Shown: in pieces, positions 1-9,925 of the stretch
Numbering within the stretch: the stretch's first letter is position 1
Layout of the letters: every line of letters starts with the position of its first letter
Assembly (NCBI GenBank): GCA_021849125.1
Contig: JAJZTG010000002.1
Location: 76,573-140,572, forward strand
DNA from: a bacterium
GTDB taxonomy: Bacteria > Patescibacteriota > Minisyncoccia > Phycocordibacterales > Phycocordibacteraceae
Direction: 5' to 3'
DNA: 64,000 bases
Program-made: the position numbers and the translations under genes
The notes under the pieces: model-generated
The model's input: the letters and a program-made list of their open reading frames with translations, nothing else
Told to the model about the DNA's origin: nothing
Database searches by the model: none

Positions 1-513
1 CAATTCGGTGACCTCATCTTCAAGCTGGAGCCCTGCATACGAGGGAAGGAGTTTCGGAAGGCTCACGATCGACGCGTGTTTCCTGTGGCAAGTATCAAAT
101 GAGTCTTCGACGAACACGTCGCCGAGCATCGCGAGTTCTTTCGCGAAAGAGAGATCATTTGCCTGTTCGCGTTTATCGCGGCGCAGGTTCTCAAGTACGA
201 GAACGTCACCGGGGACCATCGCACGGATTGCGTCGCGAACGCGCGGACCGATCGTCTCCGGGAAGAATGAGACACGCGGGATACGTTTCCCAAGCGCTTT
301 CGCGACGGGCTCGAGGGTCTCGGTCCCCTTCTCCCCGATGTGGCTCACAAGGATGACACGTGCGCCGCGAGAAGAAAGGAATGTAAGCGTGGGAACAGCA
401 CGACGCAGACGATAGTCATTCATGACCACGCCATTCTCGACCGGCACGTTCATCGCGACGCGCACGATGACCGGGATGTTCTTGAGGACGGGGATAGTGC
501 GAACCGATCTCAT
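1..513 (-). CDS. pgk: phosphoglycerate kinase, N-terminal part (gene continues beyond window start)
   Basis: Minus-strand translation from the ATG at 513 gives MRSVRTIPVLKNIPVIVRVAMNVPVENGVVMNDYRLRRAVPTL...ENLRRDKRE, a typical Pgk N-terminus. There is no stop before the window edge, so it is absent from the ORF track. The ATGA junction overlaps the tpiA stop. Confidence 0.8.
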   Translation of the reverse strand, partial: MRSVRTIPVLKNIPVIVRVAMNVPVENGVVMNDYRLRRAVPTLTFLSSRGARVILVSHIGEKGTETLEPVAKALGKRIPRVSFFPETIGPRVRDAIRAMVPGDVLVLENLRRDKREQANDLSFAKELAMLGDVFVEDSFDTCHRKHASIVSLPKLLPSYAGLQLEDEVTEL

Positions 514-1256
514 GCAGAGAGCTCTTTGAGGATCTTGCCGAAGGTCACCGTGTCGACTGAAGCGTGTCCGATCAGGAATCCGTCGATGTGCGTAGCGTGC
601 GCGAGCGTCGCCACGTTTTCCGGCTCCACCGAGCCGCCGTAGAGCACCGGCGTCTTAAGCGAGCTTTTGCCGGGCAAAAGCTCAGACAGCACCTTGCGTA
701 TGTAGAGGATCATCTCAGCAAGATCATCCTCGCCTATCGCGTTTTCAGCAGTCTTGCCGATCGCCCAGATGGGTTCATACGCGATGACGATCTTCATGCG
801 TTCTTTCGGAGAGAACGGAGCAAGCGCAGAAGTGAGTTCTTCGCGAATGAACGACAGATAGCGGCCGTCCGTATCGCGCTCGCGCTCGCCGACGCAGAGG
901 ATGGGGGTAAGGTCTTGTGCAAACGCGCGAGTAAGCTTCTCTACGATTATTTCCGGCGTATCGCCGGCGGCCCGGCGCTCCGAATGCCCGATGAACGCAT
1001 ACGCGGCACCGGCTGCTTTCACCGCAGCCGCGGTGACTTCACCGGTCTGGGCGCCTCCGGGAGTGAGCGAAACATCCTGCGCAGCGAACGCGACAGCGCT
1101 TGCTTCTTTAAGCGCGAGCGCTGCAAGGAAAGGCGCTGGCGGAGCAAGCACGATAGTATGCGCCGATCGCGTGGACGCTTTCTTACTGAGCACGAGGAGC
1201 TCCTTGGCCTTCGCGAAATCTTCGACGTATGCTTTCCAGTTGGCAACGATGAGCAT
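510..1256 (-). CDS. tpiA: triosephosphate isomerase
   Basis: Motifs IVANWK, IGHSERR, AYEPIWAIGTG and YGGSV are present. The start was chosen at MLIVANWK (1256); the track ORF extends to 1274. Confidence 0.9.
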   Translation of the reverse strand: MLIVANWKAYVEDFAKAKELLVLSKKASTRSAHTIVLAPPAPFLAALALKEASAVAFAAQDVSLTPGGAQTGEVTAAAVKAAGAAYAFIGHSERRAAGDTPEIIVEKLTRAFAQDLTPILCVGERERDTDGRYLSFIREELTSALAPFSPKERMKIVIAYEPIWAIGKTAENAIGEDDLAEMILYIRKVLSELLPGKSSLKTPVLYGGSVEPENVATLAHATHIDGFLIGHASVDTVTFGKILKELSA

Positions 1257-1278
1257 GTACCTCAAGTATAGCAAGAGT

Positions 1279-1680
1279 ATGGCAGTACAGGCTTGCTATA
1301 CTTTCAAGGTGACACGAGGATTTACATTGATCGAAGTCCTTATCGCTCTTTTCGTGGCGAGCTTGCTTGTGGCCTTCGTAACCATCGTCGTCGGCACTAT
1401 CAAGGTCGTCCGCGACGCTTCCTATGAGAACATCGCGTTTCATGTCGCTGAAGACAAGCTCGATGAGTTACGTGCGGTCGGGTACGCTTCACTCACGAGC
1501 GGAGGCTCTTTTTCTAGTCCAGAGCTCGTTAGGATCCCGCAAGGGAGCGCGAGCACGAGCATACGCGCCGTGAATAGTAAGACAAAGGAAGTTTCGGCAG
1601 GAGTGTCGTGGAGCGGAAATGACGGCACAACGCGTGTAGTATCCCTCACGACGCTCGTTACCGAGACAGGCGGCCTATGA
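1279..1680 (+). CDS. type IV pilin-like (pseudopilin) with prepilin N-terminal motif
   Basis: N-terminus ...KVTRG/FTLIEVLIALFVASLLVAFV fits the class III signal and hydrophobic helix. The start is ambiguous (ATG 1279 or GTG 1311) because only 4-22 nt separate it from the divergent tpiA start. Confidence 0.6.
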   Translation: MAVQACYTFKVTRGFTLIEVLIALFVASLLVAFVTIVVGTIKVVRDASYENIAFHVAEDKLDELRAVGYASLTSGGSFSSPELVRIPQGSASTSIRAVNSKTKEVSAGVSWSGNDGTTRVVSLTTLVTETGGL

Positions 1681-2231
1681 ACATGACACGCGCATTCACG
1701 CTCATCGAGACCGTCGTCGTTATAGGACTCTCTGTCGCTCTCGTGGTCGCGATCGCGCAGCTTTCGCTCCTGTTTGGAAACACTATCGCGCTCCAGAATG
1801 CTTCTATCGGGAACTTGCTTGGCGCAAACACCATCACCGACGCAGTGCGCACAGCCGGGCTCCAGGCCGATCACATAGTCGCGAATCACGCGTTTTCCGG
1901 TTTTCAGCGGAGTACCGGCACGACCACGGTCATTTTCGAACTCCCGTCCGTCGATGTGTCAGGATCAATCATCTCGAATGTCTATGACTATGTCGGTATC
2001 TACGCTTCAGGCACGGAAGCATACCGTGTCATCGATACCGGGTCCGGAAGCGTACGTCATTCAGGTACCAAGCGTTTGAGCGACGTGCTCGACACCCTTT
2101 CTTTCTCATACGATGCGTCGGATGTATCGCTTGCGACGAGCGTACTTCTCGAAGCGACGACGAGCGCGGTCGTGAAAGGGGTGGTATCCGAGATGCATCT
2201 GTATGAACGTGTCTATCTGCGAAACCTATGA
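1677..2231 (+). CDS. pseudopilin / minor pilin-like
   Basis: N-terminus MNMTRA/FTLIETVVVIGLSVALVVAIA is prepilin-like. It overlaps the previous gene by ATGA, so the two are translationally coupled. Confidence 0.6.
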   Translation: MNMTRAFTLIETVVVIGLSVALVVAIAQLSLLFGNTIALQNASIGNLLGANTITDAVRTAGLQADHIVANHAFSGFQRSTGTTTVIFELPSVDVSGSIISNVYDYVGIYASGTEAYRVIDTGSGSVRHSGTKRLSDVLDTLSFSYDASDVSLATSVLLEATTSAVVKGVVSEMHLYERVYLRNL

Positions 2232-3991
2232 CGCTTCCTTTTAAAATCTCTCGGGGCTCTATCCTCGTCCTGACGCTCGTCATAAGTGCGGCTATCATGA
2301 CGGTCACCACGAGCTTCTTCGGCTATTTCGGGAGCGCTATCCACGCTGAGCGGGTAGCGCTTGCAGGAACGCAAGCGCGCATGCTTGCCGAAGCAGGCAT
2401 CGATAAAGCCATCTATGAGCTCAATCAGAACTCGAACTACTCAGGAGAGAGCGATACCCCGCTCGGCAACGGGATCTTCAGCGTCTCTGTCGCGAGCATA
2501 GACAGCAACACCAAGAACATTACCGTCACGAGCGCCGTGCCTGATGCGGTTCATCCGACTGCCACGAAAACGGTCCGAGTGAAAGCGAGCATCAATACGA
2601 CGCAAGTGTCGTTCCGCTATGGGGTGCAGGTCGGGACAGGCGGGGTTACCATGGGCAATGGCGCACAGATAGTCGGCAATATCTTCTCGGAAGGGAGCAT
2701 TACGGGCGGTGGTACGGTGACCGGGGATGCGACCGTGTCAGTCTCCACGAATCCGGTGGCCGACCAACAGTCCACCGTACAGAACAGCAGTTTTAACGTG
2801 GGCGACACATCAAGCCATGCCGACGTCGCGCAATCATTCAAGCCTTCGGTGACCACCACCTTGACGAAGGTGAGCCTTGATCTCGCGAAGGTCGGTAATC
2901 CGAGCGATCTTACGATAAAGATCGTGAGCGACAATAGCGGGAAGCCGTCGTCGACCGTGCTTGCGAGCGGCACGATCGCTTCCTCGCTCGTCACTTCTGC
3001 ATATGGTTTTACTGATGTCGCGCTCGACACGTCGCCAACCCTGACAGCGGACCAGTCGTATTGGATCATCGCGATCGCATCAGTGAGCGCATCGAACTAC
3101 TTCAAATGGGGTCTTGATACCTCAAGTGGTTACTCGCGTGGATCGGCGAAATACTCAAGCAATTGGAACGCGCAAAATCCGTCATGGAGCAGCATCTCAG
3201 GCGACCTCGGGTTTCAGGCGTTTGTAAGCGGCACGCTCACCTCGATAAGCGGCATTACCGTCCAAGGGAACGCATGGGCCTATTCCCTCTCGAATTGTAC
3301 GGTCGGCGGCACAGCGACGTATCAGACGATCTCAAGCTGCTCGGTCACGGGTACGCAGTATCCGGGGTCAAATCCAGCAACACCGGGCTCCTTTCCTATT
3401 TCAGATGCGCAGATTGCTGAATGGGAGGCTACGGCGGCGGCGGGCGGTACGCTTTCAGGCCCGTATTCCGTTTCTGGCACACAGGTGTTGGGACCAAAGA
3501 AGATCGAGGGTAATCTTACGGTGACCAATGGCGCAGCGCTTATTCTCAGCGGCCCGGTGTGGGTGAATGGCAACATCACGCTCTCGAACAACGCATCGCT
3601 TTCCATATCTCCGCTGACCGGCTCAAGCGGCGCTATCCTTATCGCGGATGCAACCGGGAATCAAGCGACAGCAGGAAAGGTGCAGCTTTCCAATAACGTG
3701 ACGACAACCGGAAACGGGTCGGCAGGTTCCTATCCTATGGTCATCAGTACGAACACGAGCGATACGGCGATAACCATCTCGAACAACGCGGCGGGCATCA
3801 TCCTTTACGCGCCCTATGGCGGTATGGATGTGAGCAATGGAGCCACGGCGAATCAGCTTACGGCAAAGAAGCTCGAGCTCGAGAATAACTCTACGATTAC
3901 CTACCTGAGCGGTTTGCAGAACGCGAGTTTCAGTAACGGCCCGGGCGGTTCATGGGCCGTGGTGCGAGGAACGTACGCGATCACGCAATAG
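2228..3991 (+). CDS. large pilus-associated protein (N-terminal anchor helix plus Gly/Asn/Thr-rich beta-helix-like repeats); possible tip or adhesin subunit
   Basis: A 587-aa ORF whose start overlaps the previous gene by 4 nt. The N-terminal hydrophobic segment SRGSILVLTLVISAAIM is followed by repeats such as GNLTVTNGAALILSGPVWVNGNITLSNNASLSISPL. No family was recognised. Confidence 0.45.
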   Translation: MTLPFKISRGSILVLTLVISAAIMTVTTSFFGYFGSAIHAERVALAGTQARMLAEAGIDKAIYELNQNSNYSGESDTPLGNGIFSVSVASIDSNTKNITVTSAVPDAVHPTATKTVRVKASINTTQVSFRYGVQVGTGGVTMGNGAQIVGNIFSEGSITGGGTVTGDATVSVSTNPVADQQSTVQNSSFNVGDTSSHADVAQSFKPSVTTTLTKVSLDLAKVGNPSDLTIKIVSDNSGKPSSTVLASGTIASSLVTSAYGFTDVALDTSPTLTADQSYWIIAIASVSASNYFKWGLDTSSGYSRGSAKYSSNWNAQNPSWSSISGDLGFQAFVSGTLTSISGITVQGNAWAYSLSNCTVGGTATYQTISSCSVTGTQYPGSNPATPGSFPISDAQIAEWEATAAAGGTLSGPYSVSGTQVLGPKKIEGNLTVTNGAALILSGPVWVNGNITLSNNASLSISPLTGSSGAILIADATGNQATAGKVQLSNNVTTTGNGSAGSYPMVISTNTSDTAITISNNAAGIILYAPYGGMDVSNGATANQLTAKKLELENNSTITYLSGLQNASFSNGPGGSWAVVRGTYAITQ

Positions 3992-3992
3992 T

Positions 3993-5204
3993 TTAGAACG
4001 CTGACGAGAGCGAATAGATCGGAGAGATCATGGAAACGGCGAACACGCCGACCACGCCGCCGATGACGAGCATGAGGATCGGCTCGATGATAGTCGAGAG
4101 ATCTTTCGTCTTTTCGGCCACATCGCCTTCATAAAATTCTGCGATCTGCTTGAGCATGCCGGCAACATCTCCCGTCTCCTCCCCCACCGCAAGCATATCG
4201 CTCATGAGAAGCGGATAGAGCTTCGTGTGTTCGGCAAATGAGGCTGAGAGGAGTTCGCCCTTGCGAACGTGTTCTTCCGCCTCTGCGATGACACGCGCAA
4301 ACGATTCGGCATGGACCACTTCCTTGGTGATCGCGAGCGCTTCGAGTACCGGGACGCCGGAGGAAAGGAGGGATGAGAGCGTGCGCGCCGCACGCGCCGT
4401 GTAGGTCTCGCGAATGAGTTCATTTATGACTGGAAGGTAGAGAGAGGCTGCGAGTGTCCATCGGGCACCGCGCGTAGAGCGGAAGAATGCGACAGCACCG
4501 CCCATAAGGACGACCAATCCGCCAAGGACAAGCCCGATGTTTCCTACCAAGAAGTTTGAAATAGCTACGATCGCACGAGTGGCGAGTGGCAGTTCCACGC
4601 CAAGCTGGGCAAACGTACTGGTCAAGGTCGGCACGACGAAGATGAGCATCAAGACACCGACGATCACGATGGCGGTGATGACAATCGAGGGATAGATCAT
4701 CGCCCCGCGGATCTTCCGTATGAGTTCCTCCGAGCGTTCCATCTGCAAAGCGACGATATTGAGCGCGTCGGTAAGGGAGCCAGATTCTTCTCCGGCTTTC
4801 ACCATAGCGATAAAGAGTGGCGAAAAGACTTTCGGGTACGCTGCGAGAGCTCCGTGGAATGATTCGCCTTTCTGGATCGATGCAGAAAGGCCAGTGATGA
4901 TCTTCTTGAAATACTTGTTATCGGACTGTCGCTCGGTGACCGAGAGTGCGCGCGAAAGCGAAAGGCCAGCCTTGAGCATGGCGGCGACATTCTTTGCCAT
5001 GCGTATCACGTCAGCACGCTTCACTCCGGTACCGAAGGAGATAAGGAGCCAGGGCGGGAGTTTCGTGCCCGTGTCCTCTACGATCTGTACGACCGTACTT
5101 CCGGTTTGCCCCACCTTATCGTAAACCTCGAAGCGTGAAGCTGCCTCGATGATCTGTTCCTTATCAGGAGCCCCATCAGTATGCACCGTGACGCGGAATT
5201 TCAT
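3993..5204 (-). CDS. pilC: type IV pilus / T2SS inner-membrane platform protein PilC (GspF family)
   Basis: 403 aa with two GspF-type repeats and three TM segments, a typical PilC architecture. It lies directly downstream of pilB. Confidence 0.85.
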   Translation of the reverse strand: MKFRVTVHTDGAPDKEQIIEAASRFEVYDKVGQTGSTVVQIVEDTGTKLPPWLLISFGTGVKRADVIRMAKNVAAMLKAGLSLSRALSVTERQSDNKYFKKIITGLSASIQKGESFHGALAAYPKVFSPLFIAMVKAGEESGSLTDALNIVALQMERSEELIRKIRGAMIYPSIVITAIVIVGVLMLIFVVPTLTSTFAQLGVELPLATRAIVAISNFLVGNIGLVLGGLVVLMGGAVAFFRSTRGARWTLAASLYLPVINELIRETYTARAARTLSSLLSSGVPVLEALAITKEVVHAESFARVIAEAEEHVRKGELLSASFAEHTKLYPLLMSDMLAVGEETGDVAGMLKQIAEFYEGDVAEKTKDLSTIIEPILMLVIGGVVGVFAVSMISPIYSLSSAF

Positions 5205-5208
5205 GGCC

Positions 5209-6957
5209 TTATTCGCTTACAGCACGCAGCACTTCTTCAAGCGAAGTGATGCCACGCGCCGCCTTGTAGAGGCCATCCTCGCGCATGGTAAGCATTCCTT
5301 CCTTCTTCGCTTGCGTCTCGATGGCGTCAGTCGTGCTTTCGTGGAGCATGATCTCGCGGATAGCCGGGGAGACCGCGAGCACTTCATGGATACCGATACG
5401 GCTCTTGTAGCCATCCTCGCAGTCGGGAGAAGAGCCTGGATGGTAGAACTGGATATCATTCAGCTTCGTCCCCTTTGGCACGAGCTTCTCCTCTTCGAGC
5501 GTCTTGAAAGCGATATCGAATTCGGCACCGCTTGCGACCTTGGCGCGCATGTCCGCAGTGAGCGTGTATGCTTCCTTGTTCTCGCAAAGCTTACGTACGA
5601 GGCGTTGGCCGACGATGACGCGGATGGTAGAGGTAAGGAGGAACGGTTCGACACCCATGTCGATCAATCGCGGGATCGCGCCAGCTGCGCTATTGGTATG
5701 GATCGTCGAGAGGACGAGGTGGCCGGTGAGCGCTGCATTGATCGCGAGCGATGCTGTCTCGCTGTCGCGGATCTCGCCGACCATGATGATGTCCGGGTCC
5801 TGGCGCACGAGCGAGCGAAGGCCGGAAGCGAAGGTGAAGCCGATCTGTGCGTTTACCTGCGTCTGATTGATGCGCTTCATCTGATATTCGATCGGATCCT
5901 CGACAGTCGAGATGTTCACGTCGGGCTGATTCAAGATATCGAGCATCGTGTAGAGCGTCGTCGTCTTACCGGAACCGGTCGGACCGGAAATGAGGATGAT
6001 ACCGGTCGTCGCGCCGAGCGCATGATGGATGCGCTCAAGATTCTCGCCATGCAGACCGAGCGCTTCGAGCGTGAAGCCCTCCCCCGTCTCGCGCAGGAGG
6101 CGCATCACGGTCTTTTCCCCGAAGAAAGTCGGGAGGATCGATACGCGGAAGGATACGCGATCAGCTTCGGTTTCCATCTTGAAACGACCGTCCTGAGGAA
6201 GGCGCTTCTCGTCGAGCTTGAGATTCGAGAGCACTTTGATGCGCGCGATGATGCCAGCTGCTGCGGCTTTCGGGAGCGTCATAGCGTCGTGGAGGATGCC
6301 GTCGATGCGGTAGCGGACGAGCACCTGATCTTCCATGGGCTCGATATGGATGTCGGATGCGCCTTGCACGATCGCGTGGCGCAAAAGCGTGTCGACGATG
6401 CGCACGATCGGCAAGTCCTCGGCCATCTTCTTGAGGTCTTCTCCAGAAAGGTCCTTTCCGCCTTCAGCGACCGCCTTGATCTTCCCAGCTTCGGTCGAGA
6501 TGATGTCGCCGAACTCGTCCTTAAGCGATTTCTGGTACTGCAAAAGCGCGTATTTGATACTCTCAGTATCGGTTAGACGCGGGAGGATCTTGAGCCCGGT
6601 CTTCTTGCCGACGGTCTCGATGGACGCGAGATCCTCGACATCGAGCATCGCTATCTCGAGAGAATCGATCGTCTTCTTGTACGCGATGATGTTGTGCGTC
6701 CGCGCGATCGGCTCGGGAATGAGCGAGAGGACGTCCGCGGGAATCTTGTGGTCCTTGAGACTTACGAATGGGATGCCAAGGACATATGCTTGGATGCGTC
6801 GGAGCGCGTCTTCGGTGAGTGCGCCGCGCGAGACGAGGATATCGCCGAGCGACTGCCCGCGTTCAGCCGCCTCTTTCGCTGCATCTTCGACGTCTTTCTT
6901 CGCGACGAGTCCCGAGTCGATGATGAATTCCTTCAGCTCCCCTTCTGAAACGTGCAT
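5209..6957 (-). CDS. pilB: type IV pilus assembly ATPase PilB (GspE family)
   Basis: Walker A GPTGSGKTTTLY, an N-terminal GspII_E-like domain and a Cys-containing C-terminus. 582 aa. Confidence 0.9.
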   Translation of the reverse strand: MHVSEGELKEFIIDSGLVAKKDVEDAAKEAAERGQSLGDILVSRGALTEDALRRIQAYVLGIPFVSLKDHKIPADVLSLIPEPIARTHNIIAYKKTIDSLEIAMLDVEDLASIETVGKKTGLKILPRLTDTESIKYALLQYQKSLKDEFGDIISTEAGKIKAVAEGGKDLSGEDLKKMAEDLPIVRIVDTLLRHAIVQGASDIHIEPMEDQVLVRYRIDGILHDAMTLPKAAAAGIIARIKVLSNLKLDEKRLPQDGRFKMETEADRVSFRVSILPTFFGEKTVMRLLRETGEGFTLEALGLHGENLERIHHALGATTGIILISGPTGSGKTTTLYTMLDILNQPDVNISTVEDPIEYQMKRINQTQVNAQIGFTFASGLRSLVRQDPDIIMVGEIRDSETASLAINAALTGHLVLSTIHTNSAAGAIPRLIDMGVEPFLLTSTIRVIVGQRLVRKLCENKEAYTLTADMRAKVASGAEFDIAFKTLEEEKLVPKGTKLNDIQFYHPGSSPDCEDGYKSRIGIHEVLAVSPAIREIMLHESTTDAIETQAKKEGMLTMREDGLYKAARGITSLEEVLRAVSE

Positions 6958-7024
6958 AGGTACCTAAAGTATACCGCGCGCAAGCGTAGCTTGCGCGCGG
7001 TATTACACAAATACGTGCAGAATG

Positions 7025-7858
7025 TTATCGAGATTCACCGAACGATTCGAGTTGTCTGCGGATCTCTGCAAAGACCCTATCGTCCTTAAGAGCCGCTGCG
7101 TCGGTTGATTTGCTCTGCATGATAGCTCGCACTCGCTCAAGTTCCTGTTCGTATATCTTCTTGATATCGAGCGCTGTCGCGTAAGCGGCGAAGGTTTCTA
7201 GTTGGAGCGCGATCTCGTTCAGGATGAGGTCCTGAATCGGATGCCTGCCAAGCTCCCCGTTCCTTCGGTTCATCCACAGGAGGCCGAGTTCTTTCACTCG
7301 TTCGATCTCAGCACCGATCACGACCTGCGGAACCCGGCGCTTCTCTCCAGTGAAATGTTGGCGATCGGAATGGAAGTACTTGATATCGCCGAGAGTACCG
7401 CTGTCTATCTTTGCACGTATAGCATCGAATTTCTTTTGCAGATCATGACTGCCAAAGGTGACATCGACGCCGAGCGCGAGGTGTGAGAATCGTTGCGTTT
7501 CATCTTCGAACTCAACCACCATATCGATCTTGTTTATGTAATCATCGAAGCGCGCGGTCTTTATAACCTGAGCTTCTGGTCCGAACCAATCGCTCAGCTC
7601 CCCATGCTCGCAGATGATCGCTTCGAGGATGTCGCCGTAGATCTTGCTTGGCGTCTGCTCGAAAAGCCCCTCCAAACGCGTGACCTCTCGCTGGTCACGT
7701 TCGATCATGGCGGGGTCGTACTTAGTGAAGATGCTTGGGTCGATCTCGCTTGCCGCAAGGCTTTCTCGCGCTTTCTGGTGTGCCGCTTCTATATCAAGAT
7801 ATGATTTCTCGAACTGGCGCTCGTGAGCGGTGTCCTTATAAACAGGTCGGTGTTCCAT
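7025..7858 (-). CDS. hypothetical protein
   Basis: Long ORF with coding-like composition and no recognisable family. The start is uncertain: the track start at 7969 is a TTG that would overlap the divergent gene, and the ATG at 7858 leaves a 95-nt divergent intergenic region. Confidence 0.45.
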   Translation of the reverse strand: MEHRPVYKDTAHERQFEKSYLDIEAAHQKARESLAASEIDPSIFTKYDPAMIERDQREVTRLEGLFEQTPSKIYGDILEAIICEHGELSDWFGPEAQVIKTARFDDYINKIDMVVEFEDETQRFSHLALGVDVTFGSHDLQKKFDAIRAKIDSGTLGDIKYFHSDRQHFTGEKRRVPQVVIGAEIERVKELGLLWMNRRNGELGRHPIQDLILNEIALQLETFAAYATALDIKKIYEQELERVRAIMQSKSTDAAALKDDRVFAEIRRQLESFGESR

Positions 7859-7952
7859 GGTGTCCCAATAGTAGCATCGTTTGACAGAGGTTTGCTGCAG
7901 GCGTACGGTGTCGGCGGAAGTAGCCACCTGAAATCTGATTGCGGAGGTCGTC

Positions 7953-8390
7953 ATGGCTCTCAAATTCAAGCAGTTGTCGCCGCGTACGGTGGTCTACCGA
8001 CGCGGCCAGGTTCGGGATGAAAACGGGGATCCCCAGGAGACGCTCGTTTTCATGTCGTTGCTTTTCAACTACGGTAAGTTAGATGTCTTGGTGCCTGATC
8101 CAGCATATGTCGCTGCGGCAAAAAAGAATGAAGACCTGTTTCTTGCCGAACTCTGCAAGACTGAGTTCATCGCTGTGCGAGCTCATATGGTGCAGATCCC
8201 GATTTTCGAAGGAGCCTGCCTATATGAAGGTTGCGATAAGGCCTGCAAAGGCCACGGCTATGAGCTTGTGCTAGGGCGCGTCAAAGCTGCCATTCTCATG
8301 CACCTCGACCCAGATGCTGTTTTCATTGACGCGGACAGGACAGAAATCATATTCCCGAGTCAGGAATGCCTTGGGCGCTGCAATGCTTAA
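7953..8390 (+). CDS. hypothetical Cys-containing small protein
   Basis: A strong RBS GGAGG sits 5 nt upstream of the ATG at 7953, and a terminator follows the gene. Cys cluster EGACLYEGCDKACKGHGYEL...QECLGRC. Confidence 0.5.
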   Translation: MALKFKQLSPRTVVYRRGQVRDENGDPQETLVFMSLLFNYGKLDVLVPDPAYVAAAKKNEDLFLAELCKTEFIAVRAHMVQIPIFEGACLYEGCDKACKGHGYELVLGRVKAAILMHLDPDAVFIDADRTEIIFPSQECLGRCNA

Positions 8391-8414
8391 AACACCCCCA
8401 TTTTGCGCGGCTTC

Positions 8415-8445
8415 GGCCGCGCGTTTTCATTTTCTTGACGCATAC
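8415..8445 (+). terminator. rho-independent terminator
   Basis: GCGCGGC-TTCG-GCCGCGC stem followed by GTTTTCATTTTC. Confidence 0.55.
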
Positions 8446-8486
8446 CGTGTATCTGGTAAAGTATCGCTATCCAGAGATGTCCGCGC

Positions 8487-8510
8487 CGCGGACATTTTTG
8501 CTAGAATCAG
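8487..8510 (+). terminator. hairpin plus T-run upstream of nusA (terminator or attenuator)
   Basis: ATGTCCGCG-C-CGCGGACAT followed by TTTTG. Confidence 0.45.
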
Positions 8511-8538
8511 GTTATTACAGTAGACATACACATTCCAT

Positions 8539-9903
8539 ATGATTGATCTTAAAACGATGGGCGCAGTGCTGGGAGAGTTCGAAGAGCGCGGCATTGACCG
8601 CACGACCATGATCGATGCCATAGAAAGCGCGATGGCCACTGCCTACAAGCGCGAATACGGCAAGCGCGGACAAGTCATCCGCGCAAAGCTCGACCTCAAC
8701 TCGGGCACCGTTTCCTTTGAGCAGGTGAAGACGGTCGTCGATGAGACGACGGTCCGTCCGGCTACCGAGGAGGAGATGGCGGCCGATGAGCACGCGCACC
8801 CGCATCCTTTCCACTCTGAAGAAGAGCATCTCGAGGAGGGTGAGCTTCCGCGTTTTGATGCTGAGAAGCATATCTATCTCGCTGATGCGAAGCTCATCAA
8901 GCGCGGCGTCGATGTGGGTGAGGAGATCATCTTCCCGCTCGAGCCGCAGGACGACTTCGGCCGCATCGCCGCACAGACGGCTAAGCAGGTGGTGATCCAG
9001 AAGGTCCGCGAGGCCGAGAAGCACTCCATGATGGAGGAATTCGGCGAGAAGAAGGGCGAGATCGTGGGCGGTATCGTGCAGCGCATCGAGCGCGGCGCGA
9101 TCTTCGTCGACCTCGGTCGCACGACCGGCATCATCCCCTACGAGGAGCAGATCCCGGGCGAGCGTTACCGCATGGGTGAGCGCATCCGTGCATACCTCTA
9201 TGCGGTTGATGAAGGTTTCCGTGGTGTGTACCTGCGCCTTTCCCGCGCACATCCGAAGTTCGTCGTGAAGCTCTTCGAGCAGGAGGCTCCGGAGCTCGCT
9301 TCGGGCGCTATCGAGATCAAGGCGCTCGCGCGTGAGCCCGGCAGCCGCACCAAGATCGCGCTCTCGTCGCTTGACCCGCATGTCGATCCGGTCGGCGCAC
9401 TCGTCGGCCAGCGCGGCGTGCGCGTCTCGACGGTGATGAGCGAGCTCGGCGGCGAGCGCATCGATATCATCGAGTGGAACGATGACATCCGCGAGTTCGT
9501 CCGCGAAGCGCTCTCCCCGGCGACCCCGATCGAGGTCGAGCTTAACGAGGAGGAGCACCGCGCGACGGTAACCGTTGCCGAAGACGAGCAGTCGCTCGCG
9601 ATCGGCCGCGGCGGCCAGAACGTACGCCTCGCGGCGAAGCTCACCGGCTGGAACATCGACATCGTCTCCGTTGCAGGCGAAGAAGTCGCTGAGAGCAATG
9701 GCGAGGAGGTCGCTTTTGCTGAGACGGAAGTCGACCCAGCTGAAGAGGCAGGCCTCATGCCGACCGAGAGCGTTGAAATCGTCGAAGGCGAAGCACCGCA
9801 AACCACCGAGCTTCCAGCTGAAGAGGAGCTCACTCCCCTTCCCGCAAGCGATGAGACCGTCGCTGATCGCGCGGAAGATCGCGATAAAGCGACCGATGAG
9901 TAA
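8539..9903 (+). CDS. nusA: transcription termination/antitermination factor NusA
   Basis: S1 and KH domains (AIGRGGQNVRLAAKLTGWNIDIV). The N-terminal domain carries an acidic, His-rich insertion. Confidence 0.9.
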   Translation: MIDLKTMGAVLGEFEERGIDRTTMIDAIESAMATAYKREYGKRGQVIRAKLDLNSGTVSFEQVKTVVDETTVRPATEEEMAADEHAHPHPFHSEEEHLEEGELPRFDAEKHIYLADAKLIKRGVDVGEEIIFPLEPQDDFGRIAAQTAKQVVIQKVREAEKHSMMEEFGEKKGEIVGGIVQRIERGAIFVDLGRTTGIIPYEEQIPGERYRMGERIRAYLYAVDEGFRGVYLRLSRAHPKFVVKLFEQEAPELASGAIEIKALAREPGSRTKIALSSLDPHVDPVGALVGQRGVRVSTVMSELGGERIDIIEWNDDIREFVREALSPATPIEVELNEEEHRATVTVAEDEQSLAIGRGGQNVRLAAKLTGWNIDIVSVAGEEVAESNGEEVAFAETEVDPAEEAGLMPTESVEIVEGEAPQTTELPAEEELTPLPASDETVADRAEDRDKATDE

Positions 9904-9925
9904 GCAGTAGAGTGCTAGATAAAAA

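Noticed and set aside
901-1680. N-terminal 126-aa extension of the first pilin ORF
   Set aside because: The extension is antisense to tpiA. The prepilin motif defines a start near 1279-1311.
5149-6576. 475-aa plus-strand ORF
   Set aside because: Antisense to pilB.
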